A stretch of 64,000 nt of DNA from Octopus sinensis (Eukaryota), in contig NC_042997.1 in the NCBI RefSeq assembly GCF_006345805.1, forward strand, positions 21,080,001-21,144,000. The letters run 5' to 3'. The first letter of the stretch is position 1. Every line of letters begins with the position of its first letter. A program made the position numbers and the translations under genes. Under the pieces are notes generated by a model. That model worked only from the letters and a program-made list of their open reading frames with translations. It had not been told where the DNA came from and did no database searches. Shown one piece after another: positions 45,949-59,073 of the stretch.

Positions 45949-48900
45949 AATAATTTTAAAATAGTTATAGTCATTTTCTTCTGGCTATCTTTCTACGACA
46001 AGGCATATGAACTTTACGGATTAAGTCGTAAGCTCAATTGTGCTCATACGAAAAACTGAGGAATATATTACTTAAAAATACTAAGTGGCACTAACTAGTT
46101 CTCCTGAACGAAACTACCAATCACTATCATTGATCCACGAAAATTAATAAATTTCAGATGTATGTTATTGCGTCAGAAACTAACTAAACTACATTCCTTC
46201 TATACCATTACTGATGCATAACGTTTATTGTATGAAACTGAAGTTAGAGAAGTTTAGAAACTGTTGTTGTCAATACTTTGATATTATTATCGATATAAAT
46301 TTATTTTTAGTTGGGTTTTCTCTAAGTTATCTAACAGGTCTACAATAGCAGTCTTTCACTCTTTTATGATAATTCAGATTTCTTCAACTTTGTGCTTCTT
46401 TATATAATAAAATAACTGTTTAAATACAAAATTGTGAAAATCTGAGTAAGGAATTAAACTGGGTGAGGAATCCTATTTCAGCACAGAAAGATTTTAATTA
46501 GATTTACTTTGGGATGGGGTTTGTAACTCCCATGTAGTAGAATGCATCAGTTTACTTGTTGATGAGTGGGAGATACCGAAGGTATTTTTGAGAAAACATA
46601 TTGCTAAATACTACAATATTGTGGATGAATATATAACGGAAAAACTACCAGTAACTGGAGCACGCTGTAAAGATTAAGAGAATGTAACAAATTTGTTATA
46701 TTTTTAAAACTTAATATAGCGTTAGGGAACAGACTCTTTGAAGAAAGTGATATGACTGAGGAAAAGGCTAACCTTAAAAATATAAAACTATTAAAAGGAT
46801 TTTTCTCTGCTACAGAGAGCAAAAGAATGTGTTAATAGGATTATGGATGTAAGAGTTCAACAGGCAGAAGTATCTCGTTCTTTATTGCCAAAACTTTTGA
46901 AACTGCAAAGGAAAATGGTTGACTACCAGTTGCGATATAAGAAAAACAAATCGATTTTAACATGGATTATCTGGGAAGACAGTTGAGTCATTTATTGCGA
47001 AAGAGAAAGGACAATCGTTTCGTGTGTACACAATGTTCCTTTTGTGATTAAATGCATCACAAGGGTTCTGCTAATACTATAAATTCACTGATGTAGAATA
47101 AGAAGATAATGTATTATGTTCTGCTACCTGAATAATACATTATTCAGTCAAGTATCCACAAATTGTGGACATTTCATCTGACAGAGTGATATTCAAGCAG
47201 ATACTTTAGCTGTTGAAGTTAATCTGAGAATGACTTGAAAAGAACACCAATGAGAATTGTTGGGGAAAGCAGAAGAAATATTTACGCCGGAGCTGTTGCC
47301 GAAGTAGAGAGAGGTAAACAATATAAACTTAATTCTCTTTTCACCTTCGGATTATCGTTATCATGAAGGTGTAAATTTTCCCGTTTTGTAGATTTACTGA
47401 AGAATTGGGGAATAACAATTAATATAGGATAATCAAATGCATTATATGCATTCTATTGAATGCGTGGGGAATCCAAACCATATGCAAGTTTATGCCTTTT
47501 TATCGTTCAGAAATACCTAACAGCCTCGTTTCAGATTAAATAGTGTTAGTTTTGTATATCTGAGTTTGTCAATACGAAGGGAATATAAAGGCAGCGAGTT
47601 GTCAAAAATAGCAGTATCGGTCAGCATTCTTTACGGTATTTCATCACTATATCTTCAATTGAAATCCTACTCCGTATTTTTCTTTATCTGGGTTAATAAA
47701 AGCAGCCCCAGTAATATAATGAATCATTTCCATTTATTCGATACCTTACGAAGTTAGCTTCTGTATAAAATACAGAGATGCACTCGAACTTTTGTGGCTC
47801 TTTCCAAAGATTTATTTTAAAAATAAATAGGAAGCAATCTAAAGACTAATATCATCTTTCCGAGGAAATCTAGCTTTGAGCAGAGTAAAAATAAATCAAT
47901 ATTAATTGAGCATATAAAGAGACGAGAAAACGTAGCGTTTAGAAGTAAATATTTATTTGGTTGGCACTTAGTAAACGATTAAATCTTTTGTGCACTATAG
48001 TAGACGATTAAATCGATACCAGTATTTTATGGGTACTTATTTATTCGATGCCATACGAAGGCAAATATATTCTGGCAGGATTTGAATTCACCACAGTTAA
48101 AAGCTGTATTAGATACAGAAATGCATCCAAACTGCTTTGTCTCCAAAGATTTATTTTAAAAATAAACAAGAAGCAATCTAAAACCTACCATGATATCTCA
48201 TATGAGGAAACAACATTAAATATTCAAATATCAGAATATATATAAATGAATTTATTCAGCAGTGTATGTAAAAATCATATGATTTATCATACGATCCTTC
48301 AATTAGAAAAGCATGGCAAAAATATTTCACTTCCTCGTGGTATTATTTGACGCATTATAAAATATTCATTATTTAGATATTTAGGATCCGTGCTAACATT
48401 ATTGAATCGGCTCCAAAAATACGAAAGTATATGAGACATAAAATCCAATTTAAGTAAAATTATATCTGATATTATTTCATAGAGTGTTGGCAAAGAACAA
48501 ACGATTGGCAGAATTGCTAGAGCTTCGGCCAAAATGCATTGCAGCAATTTAGTTACTGTTCTTTACGTTCTGAGTTCAGATCAGGCCAATCTGAACGTTA
48601 TCTTTTTTTCCTTCTAGGCAGAATAAAATGAAGTACTAGTCAAGTACTGTATTCGACATAAGTCGATTATAATTTTCCTTAAAATGAGGCTTTGGGCTTA
48701 TATAAGAAATCGATTCACTTGTTATTCTTCCATTTATTTGAATAGATTTATAGAACACTTCGAAACAATGCTCACAAATCTGTCTTTAGATGAAAATAAT
48801 TATTTCCTCACTGAAGGGAAAATGTATTACTCTTCAAGAAATTCACTTTTCAATTCATTCTCAACGTTCCTTGAACGTTTTAAATTCTATTTCAATAAGT

Positions 48901-49106
48901 TGTCTGCAGTTTAATCATTTTTATTTGAAATTAAATATTCTTAACAATAGCGCAGGTGTCTGTAGTTTTGAATTCAGTCCCACAATGTGGCACCTTGTCA
49001 AATATCTTCTACTATAGCTCCAACGGCTAGTGATTAGATTTGATGAAAGGAAGCTGGGGAAGACTGTCGTATTTGTATATATATATATATATATTATATA
49101 TATATA

Positions 49107-49144
<38 letters not shown>

Positions 49145-49150
<6 letters not shown>

Positions 49151-50455
49151 TGCTCTTCAAAACTATAAAGCCAGATCACTGTCTGTGTTTTTTTTTTTTC
49201 TGGCAAACTATGCTACACAAATTCATGAAACTCACCTGTAGATAGGAAATGGAATAGAAGAAAGCATTGTAACATCCAAAATTATTGAAAGCCAAAAATT
49301 CCAAAAAGCATACAGAGCTAGAAACCCCCCTGTTCAAAACTATAATGCCAGATTGAATAATGGTGCAAAAATGGTACAAAACAGGGAAATTATGATATAT
49401 TTCAGTGATATTTTCATACAATACATCAGCAATAGTGTGGTTGACCACCACCTTCCTGAATTACTTGAAAGACACGCGATTTCATGCTCCCAATCAACTA
49501 CTGCAGCAGATGAAGTGGAAGCTCTTCCCAGGCCTTCTTTATTGTCGTTTCAAGTTCATCAACTGCTTGCCTTTGCTGTACACAATATTCATGAGATATT
49601 CCCAGGCATTCTCCATAAGATAAAGGTGGGAACTTCTTGCTGGCCATAGCATGGATTCGATTCCAATTGCACGGAGGTAATCCAAAGTTGCCTTTGTTTC
49701 ATGAATAGGAGCATTGTCCAGTTGAAATATAAAGTTCTCGCCATGGAGCCTTCTTCCTCTCTCGTTAATGAGAGACCTGTCCAACATATTGATGTATCGT
49801 GCGGCTTTGGCAGATATTGCTTCTCACATCATAAGATTTCCTCTGCTGTTCTACTACTTGGAATAAGTAGAATTTTGTATACGTTTATCTGCCCAGTAAT
49901 ATTTATAACTGCTGGGTGATGTCCAAATTCCATTTTTCCTCGTCAGAGAATGGAACTCTAGTCTATTTACTACCCCACGTCTGATGCTGCCAAGTTTACT
50001 CCAGTTTAACAGCTTTGTGGGAAGGAGACAATAACGGACGCCCTAGGTGCTTCTTCAGGTGGAAACCATGGTTCAAAATCACTCTCCTTACGTTGTATGT
50101 TGAGGCTCCTACTACCGCTGATGCCTTACTTTTGGAAACAGAGGGGCATCGTGACTTCTTCACAGTGGCCCGCTGACGTAGCCTTGGAACGTCCCGGTTG
50201 TAGCTGTTAGGATCTTTCAGAAAATTGTCTACTGGCATTCTGCTTCGCCGAATCTTCTCTGCAATCTTCTGGTTACTCATTCCTTCTGCTTTCAGTGCAA
50301 GAATTTTCTCTTGCTCAATTTCACAAAGCTTTGTAGCTTTAGGCATACTCGAAATGTAATCTGGATCACGGAGATTAAGACAGAGTTCAATATTTTCCAA
50401 AATAATCTGGGAAGAAATGAAAATGTATTAGTGGCTTTATAATTTTGAAGTGTTG
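49145..50455 (-). mobile_element. Tc3-like Tc1 fossil (DD34E)
   Basis: ORF 49996-50400 (MPKATKLCEIEQEKILALKAEG...RRSRMPVDNFLKDPNSYN) resembles a Tc3 HTH. ORF 49539-49787 has QLDNAPIH...WPARSSHLYLME with 34 residues from D to E. TIR remnant CTTCAAAACTATAAAGCCA at about 49152, inverted at about 50432-50450. Confidence 0.85.
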
Positions 50456-50814
50456 ATATGCTAGGGAAAATTGGAAAATCAGGTGTTGTAATGTGATAAT
50501 AAAAATACAAGATTTACAATTCAAAGTATTCATGAAATACCCATTTACAATATAGTATGTCCCTTAGTCCATCTAAATACAGAGCTAAATTTCTAAATAA
50601 CTTTAAAAACATGTGGATCTATATTTTGAATACTAGTTTGTGTGTATATGTATTTACACACACACAAACATACACACACACACATACACACACATGCACA
50701 CATATAAGTATGTGGTGCGTAAAGGCACTCGTAATTATATCATAGACAGACGCAGAAGTGTCTGCCACCAGAATCACAAGATCACGTAATTTCACTCTGC
50801 TATGTGTTCCTTAG

Positions 50815-50939
50815 TGACAGATGCCCAGCAGTGGCATAACAGCCGAAACTCTTGTCAACGATATGCAGAATATCAGCGTCTATTCAAGCTGCCGTCTCGC
50901 AAATGTGCACCAGGAGGCCTTATGAGAGATCCTCTCCAG
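50815..50939 (+). CDS. Isolated candidate plus-strand exon (TDAQQWHNSRNSCQRYAEYQRLFKLPSRKCAPGGLMRDPLQ)
   Basis: CTATGTGTTCCTTAG | 125 nt | GTAAAT; locally GC-rich; one open frame; no partner exon established. Confidence 0.28.
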
Positions 50940-51185
50940 GTAAATAACGCACAATTCTGTGTTCTAACACAAACTCCACGTTAAGTTAGAGATCAAGATT
51001 ACCTTTTGGTATTGATACTGCTTCTGTTGCCACTAGTTATTTATATACATAATAAATACACACATACAAGCATGCATGTATGTATGTAATGTATGTATGT
51101 ATGTATGTATGTATGTATGTATGTATGTATGTATGTATGTATGTATGTATGTATGTATTTATGTATGTATGTACGTATGTATGTA

Positions 51186-51390
51186 TCTGTGTGTCTTTGT
51201 GCTTACGTTGTGTTTGACAATCGGTATTGGTCTGGTTACGTTCTCGTAAATTAGCGGTTCGACAAAAGAAGCGAATGAGTACCAGACTTTAAAAGCATAA
51301 GTACTGGGGTTGAATTGTTCTGCTAAACCGTTCATGACGGTGCCCTAGCATGACTGCAATCGAATGACTGAAGCAAGTAAAATATAAAAG
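51186..51390 (+). mobile_element. Diverged SINE A 3' half
   Basis: Starts at a (TATG)n tract; ...TTAGCGGTTCGACAAAAGAA...GACTGAAGCAAGTAAAAT. Confidence 0.7.
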
Positions 51391-54233
51391 ATATGAATTT
51401 ATCCCTACAGCTCCTTTTTATTTTATTTTTCTTATTATTCTGATTCAGCAAAGTATATAACCTTTGTGTCAGATAAATCAGTCTGAATCTCATACACTAG
51501 GTGAATATTGTGTGTAATTTAGATTTTATACGAATCGCTTATAGAAATCACCCATCAACTTTTTGCAACAAAATTTCGAATCAATGAAGTTTTTCTATTT
51601 TCTTTTTACAAAAGTAAACTTGCTTAACGATGAACACGACTTAATCCTTTGTAATCATTCATTTGACTTCGCAAATATCTGCAGCTTACCGCTATATCCC
51701 TTCAATCAAATGTCAATAACTTATTTATTAATGATCTTTAAAATGTTACCGTTTTCCCCTTTATCTTCAGGGCCCGTGGGAAAAAATAGTTATGAGTTTA
51801 TTTTATATAGTTCTGCTGTTTAATATTAGTAGTATTTATTATACATTAAAAAGAAAAAAAGGAACCTTTTAAATATAGTGTAAACTAGATATGAAAAAAG
51901 TATCGCTACAAATGAGAATCCACAACAACCAAATTAATTGAAAAGACCACTTAAGAAGAAGTTACTAAAATATATTCTGGCTTCATTTAACTAGTCATAA
52001 ATTCTTTTTAGCCATATTTCAAAATGTAGAAAATGGAAGAGGTGACGTTCATATATTTTCCAAAGGCAATAATGGTGAAATGAAAACACTTGATTAGAAA
52101 CCATCTCATTGATTCGACTAATGGTAGTTTATTTATTATACTCTACTATGCATATTGATTTTGTATATAGGCATAATACTTCAAATCTATAAAGAAATAC
52201 GAATAAGACAGTCCAGCATTTATGCTACAATGAAAGATATTAGTGGTTGGAAGTCCAACTCAAAGTGTAGCTTGAGCAAACTCAAAGAATTTATGACCAT
52301 CAGACCATAAGTTTTAAATATTGGCTTTATATGTCAATCCAAAATGTCCTACACAATAGAAGAGATATAAAAAAGCATTTGTAATAGTTATGCTTCCTTT
52401 TTTTCAAAAACCATTAATTCAACCGAGAGCAAAATTTAATCTGAAGCATAATTTTTTTAGCTGGAACGCTCGCACTTAAGTTTAAATATTGATTTTGCGA
52501 TGTTCACAAGTTTGATTCAGTGAAAACCTTCAAAAATTAACAGACGGTTAATATTTATCATCTTGAGTTATGTGCGATATATTCGATTCGTTCACAGTTC
52601 AAATTCTTACGTTAATTTTTTGCTTTGTTTCTTTCTGGGATCGATAGAATATAGTACTTGGAATGTTAAAGTACTTGGAGTGTTAAATCAACTAACTCCT
52701 TCCAACAGATTTGATAACCCACTTTCATAAATACTTGAATAATTATAAAGGGCGCTTGTTTCGATTCGTTATTATTTACTATTTGATAACCGAAAATTAA
52801 TCTAATAAAAACTATTATTTGATAGAAATATTCCGAATCTTAAGTTAATCGATTTCATTCGAATTTAAAGTTGACATTCTGCAAGTTGTCACATATTGTT
52901 AGAAGCTTTATATGTTTTCAATAGCTTTAACTAGTTTTCGATAATTTTATTCTAAAAAAAATGAGTTTGAAATTTATATTCTCCTCCAGTGATTTATTTG
53001 AATAAATAATTTGGAAGAAGACTTTATGCCAAAAGTTTTTATTTAAATTTTTGTAAATAGGAAGAAATGTTTGTTGAAGAAATGTTCTCTTATGAGCTCA
53101 TTGGTATTTACTCATACATTGTCTAATGTTGTAACGTAAATGTTTCAATTGAAAGACCACAAAAAATGATTACATACAGATTGTAAGGTCTGAAACGATT
53201 AAACTTTGAATAATGTATCGAATCATTTAAGCGTTGAAATTTTCCTCAGTTTGACGGAGCTGGGTAGCTTAATATGTTTAGTAGCAAATCAGTAGACAAA
53301 AGAGAATGGTAGTTTGATATAAGGATCTATGAATCTAAAAAAAAACTATTTGTTCATGATATTCATACCTTGAGGTACGGAGACAGTGAAATATTTTTTT
53401 TTATGAATAAAGCAGTGAAAATTCTATCTGTAGATTTTAGATATGCTCCACGTTACGCAAAAGACAGTGATCCTGAAAATCTTCCTGTAGCGTTTTGTTC
53501 TGTAATGCGAAACGTAATTTTCATTGCATTCCATGCGCATTGATTTCCATGTAACATGCAAGTCAACGGAAATAGGTTTTACATTACAGAATTCCATGTT
53601 GAAACTAAATTTTCAGCGATGTAGCGTTTCCGTAACAGAAAAAAATGCCTATTTTATAAAAATAATAGGAGAAATAGTAATACGTCGTAGCATATGATTT
53701 GGAATATGATAAATTAATTATAAATTAATATGTTATCAAGTGATCAATGTTATGCATAGTCCTCCAAATAATACGATACCTTCATAGTCATGTTCATGAA
53801 TTTTGACCAGTAATTTTCCATTGAAAAATCATAGATGGTAAATTCTAGAACCAGCGTGAAATCATCTAACGCAATGTAGTTTCGGGAAATCTTTCTCTTT
53901 ACACCGGCCACTCCATATTGATTTCCAATCGAACATCGCTAAAAGAAACCGCATTCAAAATCTCAATCATTTATTCCATGGTGTGCATGTGTGTGTGAAT
54001 AACTACATATACATACACACATGCATACATACATACATACATACATACATACATACACACACAACACACACACACATATATGTATATATGTATACATAAA
54101 TATATATATATATATATACATATATATATACATACATATATATATACATATATATATTATATGTATTATATAGTTCTCAAGTTGCATCAACTGTTTGAGT
54201 CCTGTAATGAACAACGTATTTGATTTTCATTAC

Positions 54234-54391
54234 CTACAATTCTAAGTAAAGAAAGCAACTCGATTGGTAATGCAGATGATAAAGTGAGATTAGCTGCAAA
54301 AGAGGCACGAGAACAAATATTTGGAAAGAAATCCTGACTAAGGTTAGAAGGAATTCGATTCTTTTGGTGAACCTCAATGGCATCCAACACT
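54234..54391 (-). CDS. Candidate minus-strand exon (VLDAIEVHQKNRIPSNLSQDFFPNICSRASFAANLTLSSALPIELLSLLRIV)
   Basis: TATATATTCACAG | 158 nt | GTAATG; 52 open codons. The opposite strand also reads plausibly, so the strand is uncertain. Confidence 0.33.
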
Positions 54392-54866
54392 CTGTGAATA
54401 TATATCAATTATCCAGAAATGCAAATAATAATTCCCTGTTTATTTGGGGACGAAATATTTCTAATTCACGAAGTCCTTCAGTTAAAGTAATTTTCTGATA
54501 AAACAAATGGAATAGAGACTTCTTAGGTGTATATCCTTTATGAAATGGAAAAGAAAATTGGATATCCTACCTTTAGATTGCTAACAAAACCTAGTTTTAA
54601 TGATATACATATATATACATGGGAAAACCGATAACTTGGTGTATGTGAGCGTGTGGGTGTATATTTGTAAATAATTTATCTAAATGAATCAGTTATAAGT
54701 TTCTGCTATCTTCTAATCTAATCTGAGATTTGTAAACGAAGTCCATAGAATGTCGCAGTATTTCTATCTCAATATATACATATACACGCGCGCACGCGTG
54801 TGAGTATGCTTAAGTATTTGACTTCATGCGACTGCAAAAGAGTGAATTTCTCTCTCTCTCTCTTTA

Positions 54867-54923
<57 letters not shown>

Positions 54924-54959
54924 ATATATATATATATACACATACATACATATATACAT

Positions 54960-54993
<34 letters not shown>

Positions 54994-55156
54994 GGGTGAA
55001 TGTGTATGTAAATTTGTGTTTGTACTTCCACACATAAGCAGTAGACTTTAACTGACACAAAGCACTATATATATATGAGTGTGTGTGCGTATGCTTTTAT
55101 ACATACATACATCATACATATACACATATAAGCATATATATATATATATATATATA

Positions 55157-55196
<40 letters not shown>

Positions 55197-55243
55197 TATA
55201 TACATATATATATATTATATGTACATATATATATATATATATA

Positions 55244-55297
<54 letters not shown>

Positions 55298-55651
55298 TAA
55301 ACAAAACATGAAAATGGAAATTTATTCTCCATTATACGTGTTTTATTTTCTAAGTGTTGCTACAATTTAGATGTTATATGGTCAAGTAAGGATTTTCTGT
55401 TACAAAAATCATCAGTCAGAAAAATCTTTAATTGTTGTATTATAAAAAAAAAATTATTTTACTTTTTGTATAATAAAAACTTTTGTCTGGAGATTTCTCT
55501 AATGGAAAATTCCTTACATGTCCACATAACATGTAAATTTTTAAAATTTCCTATAAGAAAATGAAACAAGAGTCATGGCGAATAAACGACCAAAAAGTTT
55601 CTATTTTTCTGTTTCGTTTATTCAACCACTCTGCAAATTTCCATATTTCCA

Positions 55652-56064
55652 AGCGCAGGAGTGGCGGTGTGGTAAGTAGCTTGTTTACCAACCACATGGT
55701 TCCGGGTTCATCCCACAGCGTGGCACCTTGGGCAAGTGTCTTCTACTATAGCCTCGGGCCGACCAAAGCATTGTGAGTGGATTTGATAGACGGAAACTGA
55801 AAAGAAGCCCGTCGTATATATGTATATATATATATGTGTGTGTGTGTTTGTGTGTCTGTGTTTGTCCCCCCAACATCGGTTGACAACCGATGCTGGTGTG
55901 TTTACGTCCCCGTAACTTAGCAGTTCGGCAAGAGTGACCGATAGAATAAGTACTAGACTTACAAAGAATAAGTCCTGGGGTCGATTTGCTCCACTAAAGG
56001 CGGTGCTCCAGTATGGCCTCAGTCAAATGACCGAAACAAGTAAAAGAGTAAAAGAATAAAAGAA
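55652..56064 (+). mobile_element. SINE family A, full length
   Basis: Same architecture as 36136-36540. Confidence 0.92.
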
Positions 56065-56897
56065 TATTCCTCAATTTGAATATGTGCTTTGATTTACATA
56101 TAACAGTAACAATGTATACGTATTGAGTGTAACAATGGAATAAATAAACAGATACTCTTCAAGAGGAAACAGCTGGGGTTTACCTTAACTACCTACAGTA
56201 TATAATATATGTGTGTGTGTGTTTATGTAGAGAGAGAGAGAGAGGGAGAGAGAAAGAGAGATAGAGAGAGAGAGAGATAGCTAGAGAGACAGACAGAGAA
56301 CGAGCCCAATTAAAAGTCTTATGCGTACGCATACACATCGACCCTTGAAGATTTGAGTTGTCATTCAATCAACAAGACCTGTGTAACGAATGAGCTCGCT
56401 AGAAACATTTACTACTAATAAACATAAATAACCTATGTAATACGGATTTTGAATCCTCCTTTCAGCTATGGTCATCACAGCGCCATATTCGGTATTTACA
56501 CGCGTGCACACACATACACACACATACACACACACACGCACACACACACACACACAAGGACAGACACGCACACACACATACACATACATGTACGTATGCA
56601 GATATACTTATGAACTGTTATTTTGCTTTCTTGTGGTTTTGAGACAATCAGTGTGTTTCCCACATCCAGTTTATCTTACGCAAGTTTAGTTGTTTTGTAT
56701 TCTCTCCAGGTCTTTGGAAATTGTTTTACTGAAGTTGTTTCCGTTTCGTATAAGTGAAACATAGTTCATAGTCACAATTCAAAAGTAACACATCCTGTTA
56801 TTCGCGATTTCCTTTGTTTTTTTGTGTAGTTGGGAAATTATTTGTTCGTGAGTGTGTGTATGTACGTGTGTTTCGTTTGTATAATATATAAAATAAA

Positions 56898-57095
56898 TGC
56901 GCCCTTTTAAAGCCTAGCCAGGCTCATGGGCCCGGTTCCTCGGTTTCAATGGCGTATGTGTTCCCCAGCTGGGCGAGACGCCAGTCCATCGCAGCGTTAC
57001 TCATTTTTGCCAGCTGAGTGGACTGGAGCAACGTGAAATGAAGTGTTTTGCTCAAGTACACAACGCGTCACCCGGTCCAGGAATGGAAACCACAA
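56898..57095 (-). mobile_element. SINE 3' portion (CORE-like central segment plus tail shared with the 17450 copy)
   Basis: Minus strand GTTGTGTACTTGAGCAAAACACTTCATTTCACGTTGCTCCAGTCCACTCAGCTG...GCGATGGACTGGCG...AAAAGGGCGCATT. Confidence 0.75.
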
Positions 57096-57104
57096 CACCC
57101 CAAA

Positions 57105-57592
57105 CATCTGGTGACTTGCCTGGAAGAATCTTCTTGCTTCTTGCAACTGGTCCTGGAAGAAGCTTCTTGCATCTGAGACGAACCAGATCGTCCCGGCTCG
57201 ACCAGCTTGTTCAGGAGCTTCTTTGCCATCGTTAGGCGGTTCTCCATGGCCTCGGCCGTCTGGATTTATCCCTTGCGCCTCTTGTACGAAAAGTCCTCTT
57301 TCAGGTCCAGCTTCATGGTGGCGACTCCAACACTAGTTTCACTTGTCAAAGTCCAGAATCTCTTGCTCGAATCTTCCATCATCTTGTCCTGCAGCTGTCT
57401 ATAGAACCTCGTTGTGCGGAAGCAGTCAGAGCGCTTGCAGTGTCCTTTCCTGCTGGTCACATCTTCATAGTTTCCGCTGAAGCTATCCATGCGTCTTACT
57501 GCCTGTTATAGTGTTCACAGAGCATTGAGCAGCAATCATGATGTCGGCGTTCTGACATCCGGCGTGAATTAATTCCAGTACTTAGATACTTC
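57105..57592 (-). mobile_element. Tc1/mariner transposase 5' fragment, probably maT/DD37D-like
   Basis: Minus frame MKLDLKEDFSYKRRKG*IQTAEAMENRLTMAKKLLNKL...TIWFVSDARSFFQDQ resembles the WFFSDEKNFxQDQ first-Asp motif. The second D and third residue are absent, so the family is tentative. Confidence 0.55.
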
Positions 57593-58471
57593 CAATCTAC
57601 ATTGTTACCTACCTTTTTCTCAACTACATCTGTAATCTTTATGCTCTCCAAAGCTGTTGTGTGTTCAGCAATACATCAAGCTATTCCTGACAAAAAGGAA
57701 GCATAAGAAGTCTTCCCATCTAACCTGAACATCCTGTATGTATAGTACAAAGATTACTGACTGACATACTTCGAACTCGATGTTGGAATTCAGAACTGTG
57801 TGCTTTTGTATTTACTTTTGAGTTTGTACATGTATATATACATATGCGTATATGTAGGAACACCTGAATTAAACTAGGTAAGTGGGTAATTAAAAACACC
57901 ATCACCAAAAAGCAACAAACCATGGCTAAAAAGAACTCGAATCAATCTCAGAATAATAACTTTAATTTAAAGCAGCAATAAAACAAGTACACAGTATATA
58001 AAACAAACAAAATGAAACAGAAAACAGGATATCAGAAATCGAACAAACATTCTCATTCTGAAAGCCAAAAAAGAACAAAAACAATAAAACAATCCATTGA
58101 TAACGAAAAACAAAGCTGACCAATAAAATACTTTAAACAGCCAATAGCAAATAAACGAGGAAAACCATATTAAAAGCAAATGACTAAATATCGGAAGCCA
58201 ACCAAACAAAAACGAGAACCACTGACAATAACTACCCCATACCATAATAACAACACAAATGATATTAGAAAACAACAAATGACAACGATAAACACCCACC
58301 AATCTAATGTAAAATAAATGAGCACGAACAAAAGAAACATAATTTGTCGACTGAAAATCGCAGTGGTATGAAACTAGAGTGGTGAGAAAAAAAGCGCAAT
58401 TTATGGAAACTATACTCTGTGCAATCTCTATAAAATATATTGATACACACATACATACATACATACATACA

Positions 58472-58503
<32 letters not shown>

Positions 58504-58662
58504 CATGCATACACACACATACACACATACATACGCATTTGAAGTACCAGTGCCGATTCCAACATTCCGGATACTTGACTGGTCTGTAGAAGAAATCCAC
58601 TCTATAGGGATTAAAACTCACAAGATTCTAACATCAACTGGAAATTTTCACCAAAACAGTGA

Positions 58663-59073
58663 TATTTATTTCTTTATTGCCCACAGGGGGCTAAACATAG
58701 AGGGGACAAACAAGGACAGGCAAATGGGCTAAGTCGATTACATCGACCTCTGTGCGTAACTGGTACTTAATTTATCAACCCTGAAAGGATGAAAGGCAAA
58801 GTCAACCTCGGCGGAATTTGAACTCAGAACGTAGCGGCAGACGAAATACCTATTTCTTTACTACCCATAAGGGGCTAAACACAGAGAGGACAAACAAGGA
58901 CAGACAAACGGATTAAGTCGATTATATCGACCCCAGTGCGTAACTGGTACTTATTTAATCGACCCCGAAATGCAAAGTTGACCTCGGCGGAATTTGAACT
59001 CAGAACGTAACGGCAGACGAAGTATCGCTAAGCATTTCTCCCGGTTTGCTAATGTTTCTGCCAGCTCGCCGCC
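58663..59073 (-). mobile_element. SINE family C head-to-tail dimer
   Basis: A full copy (58851-59073) is followed on the minus strand by a 5'-truncated copy (58663-58850); the junction is at GAAATAGGTATTTCGTCTGCC. Confidence 0.88.
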
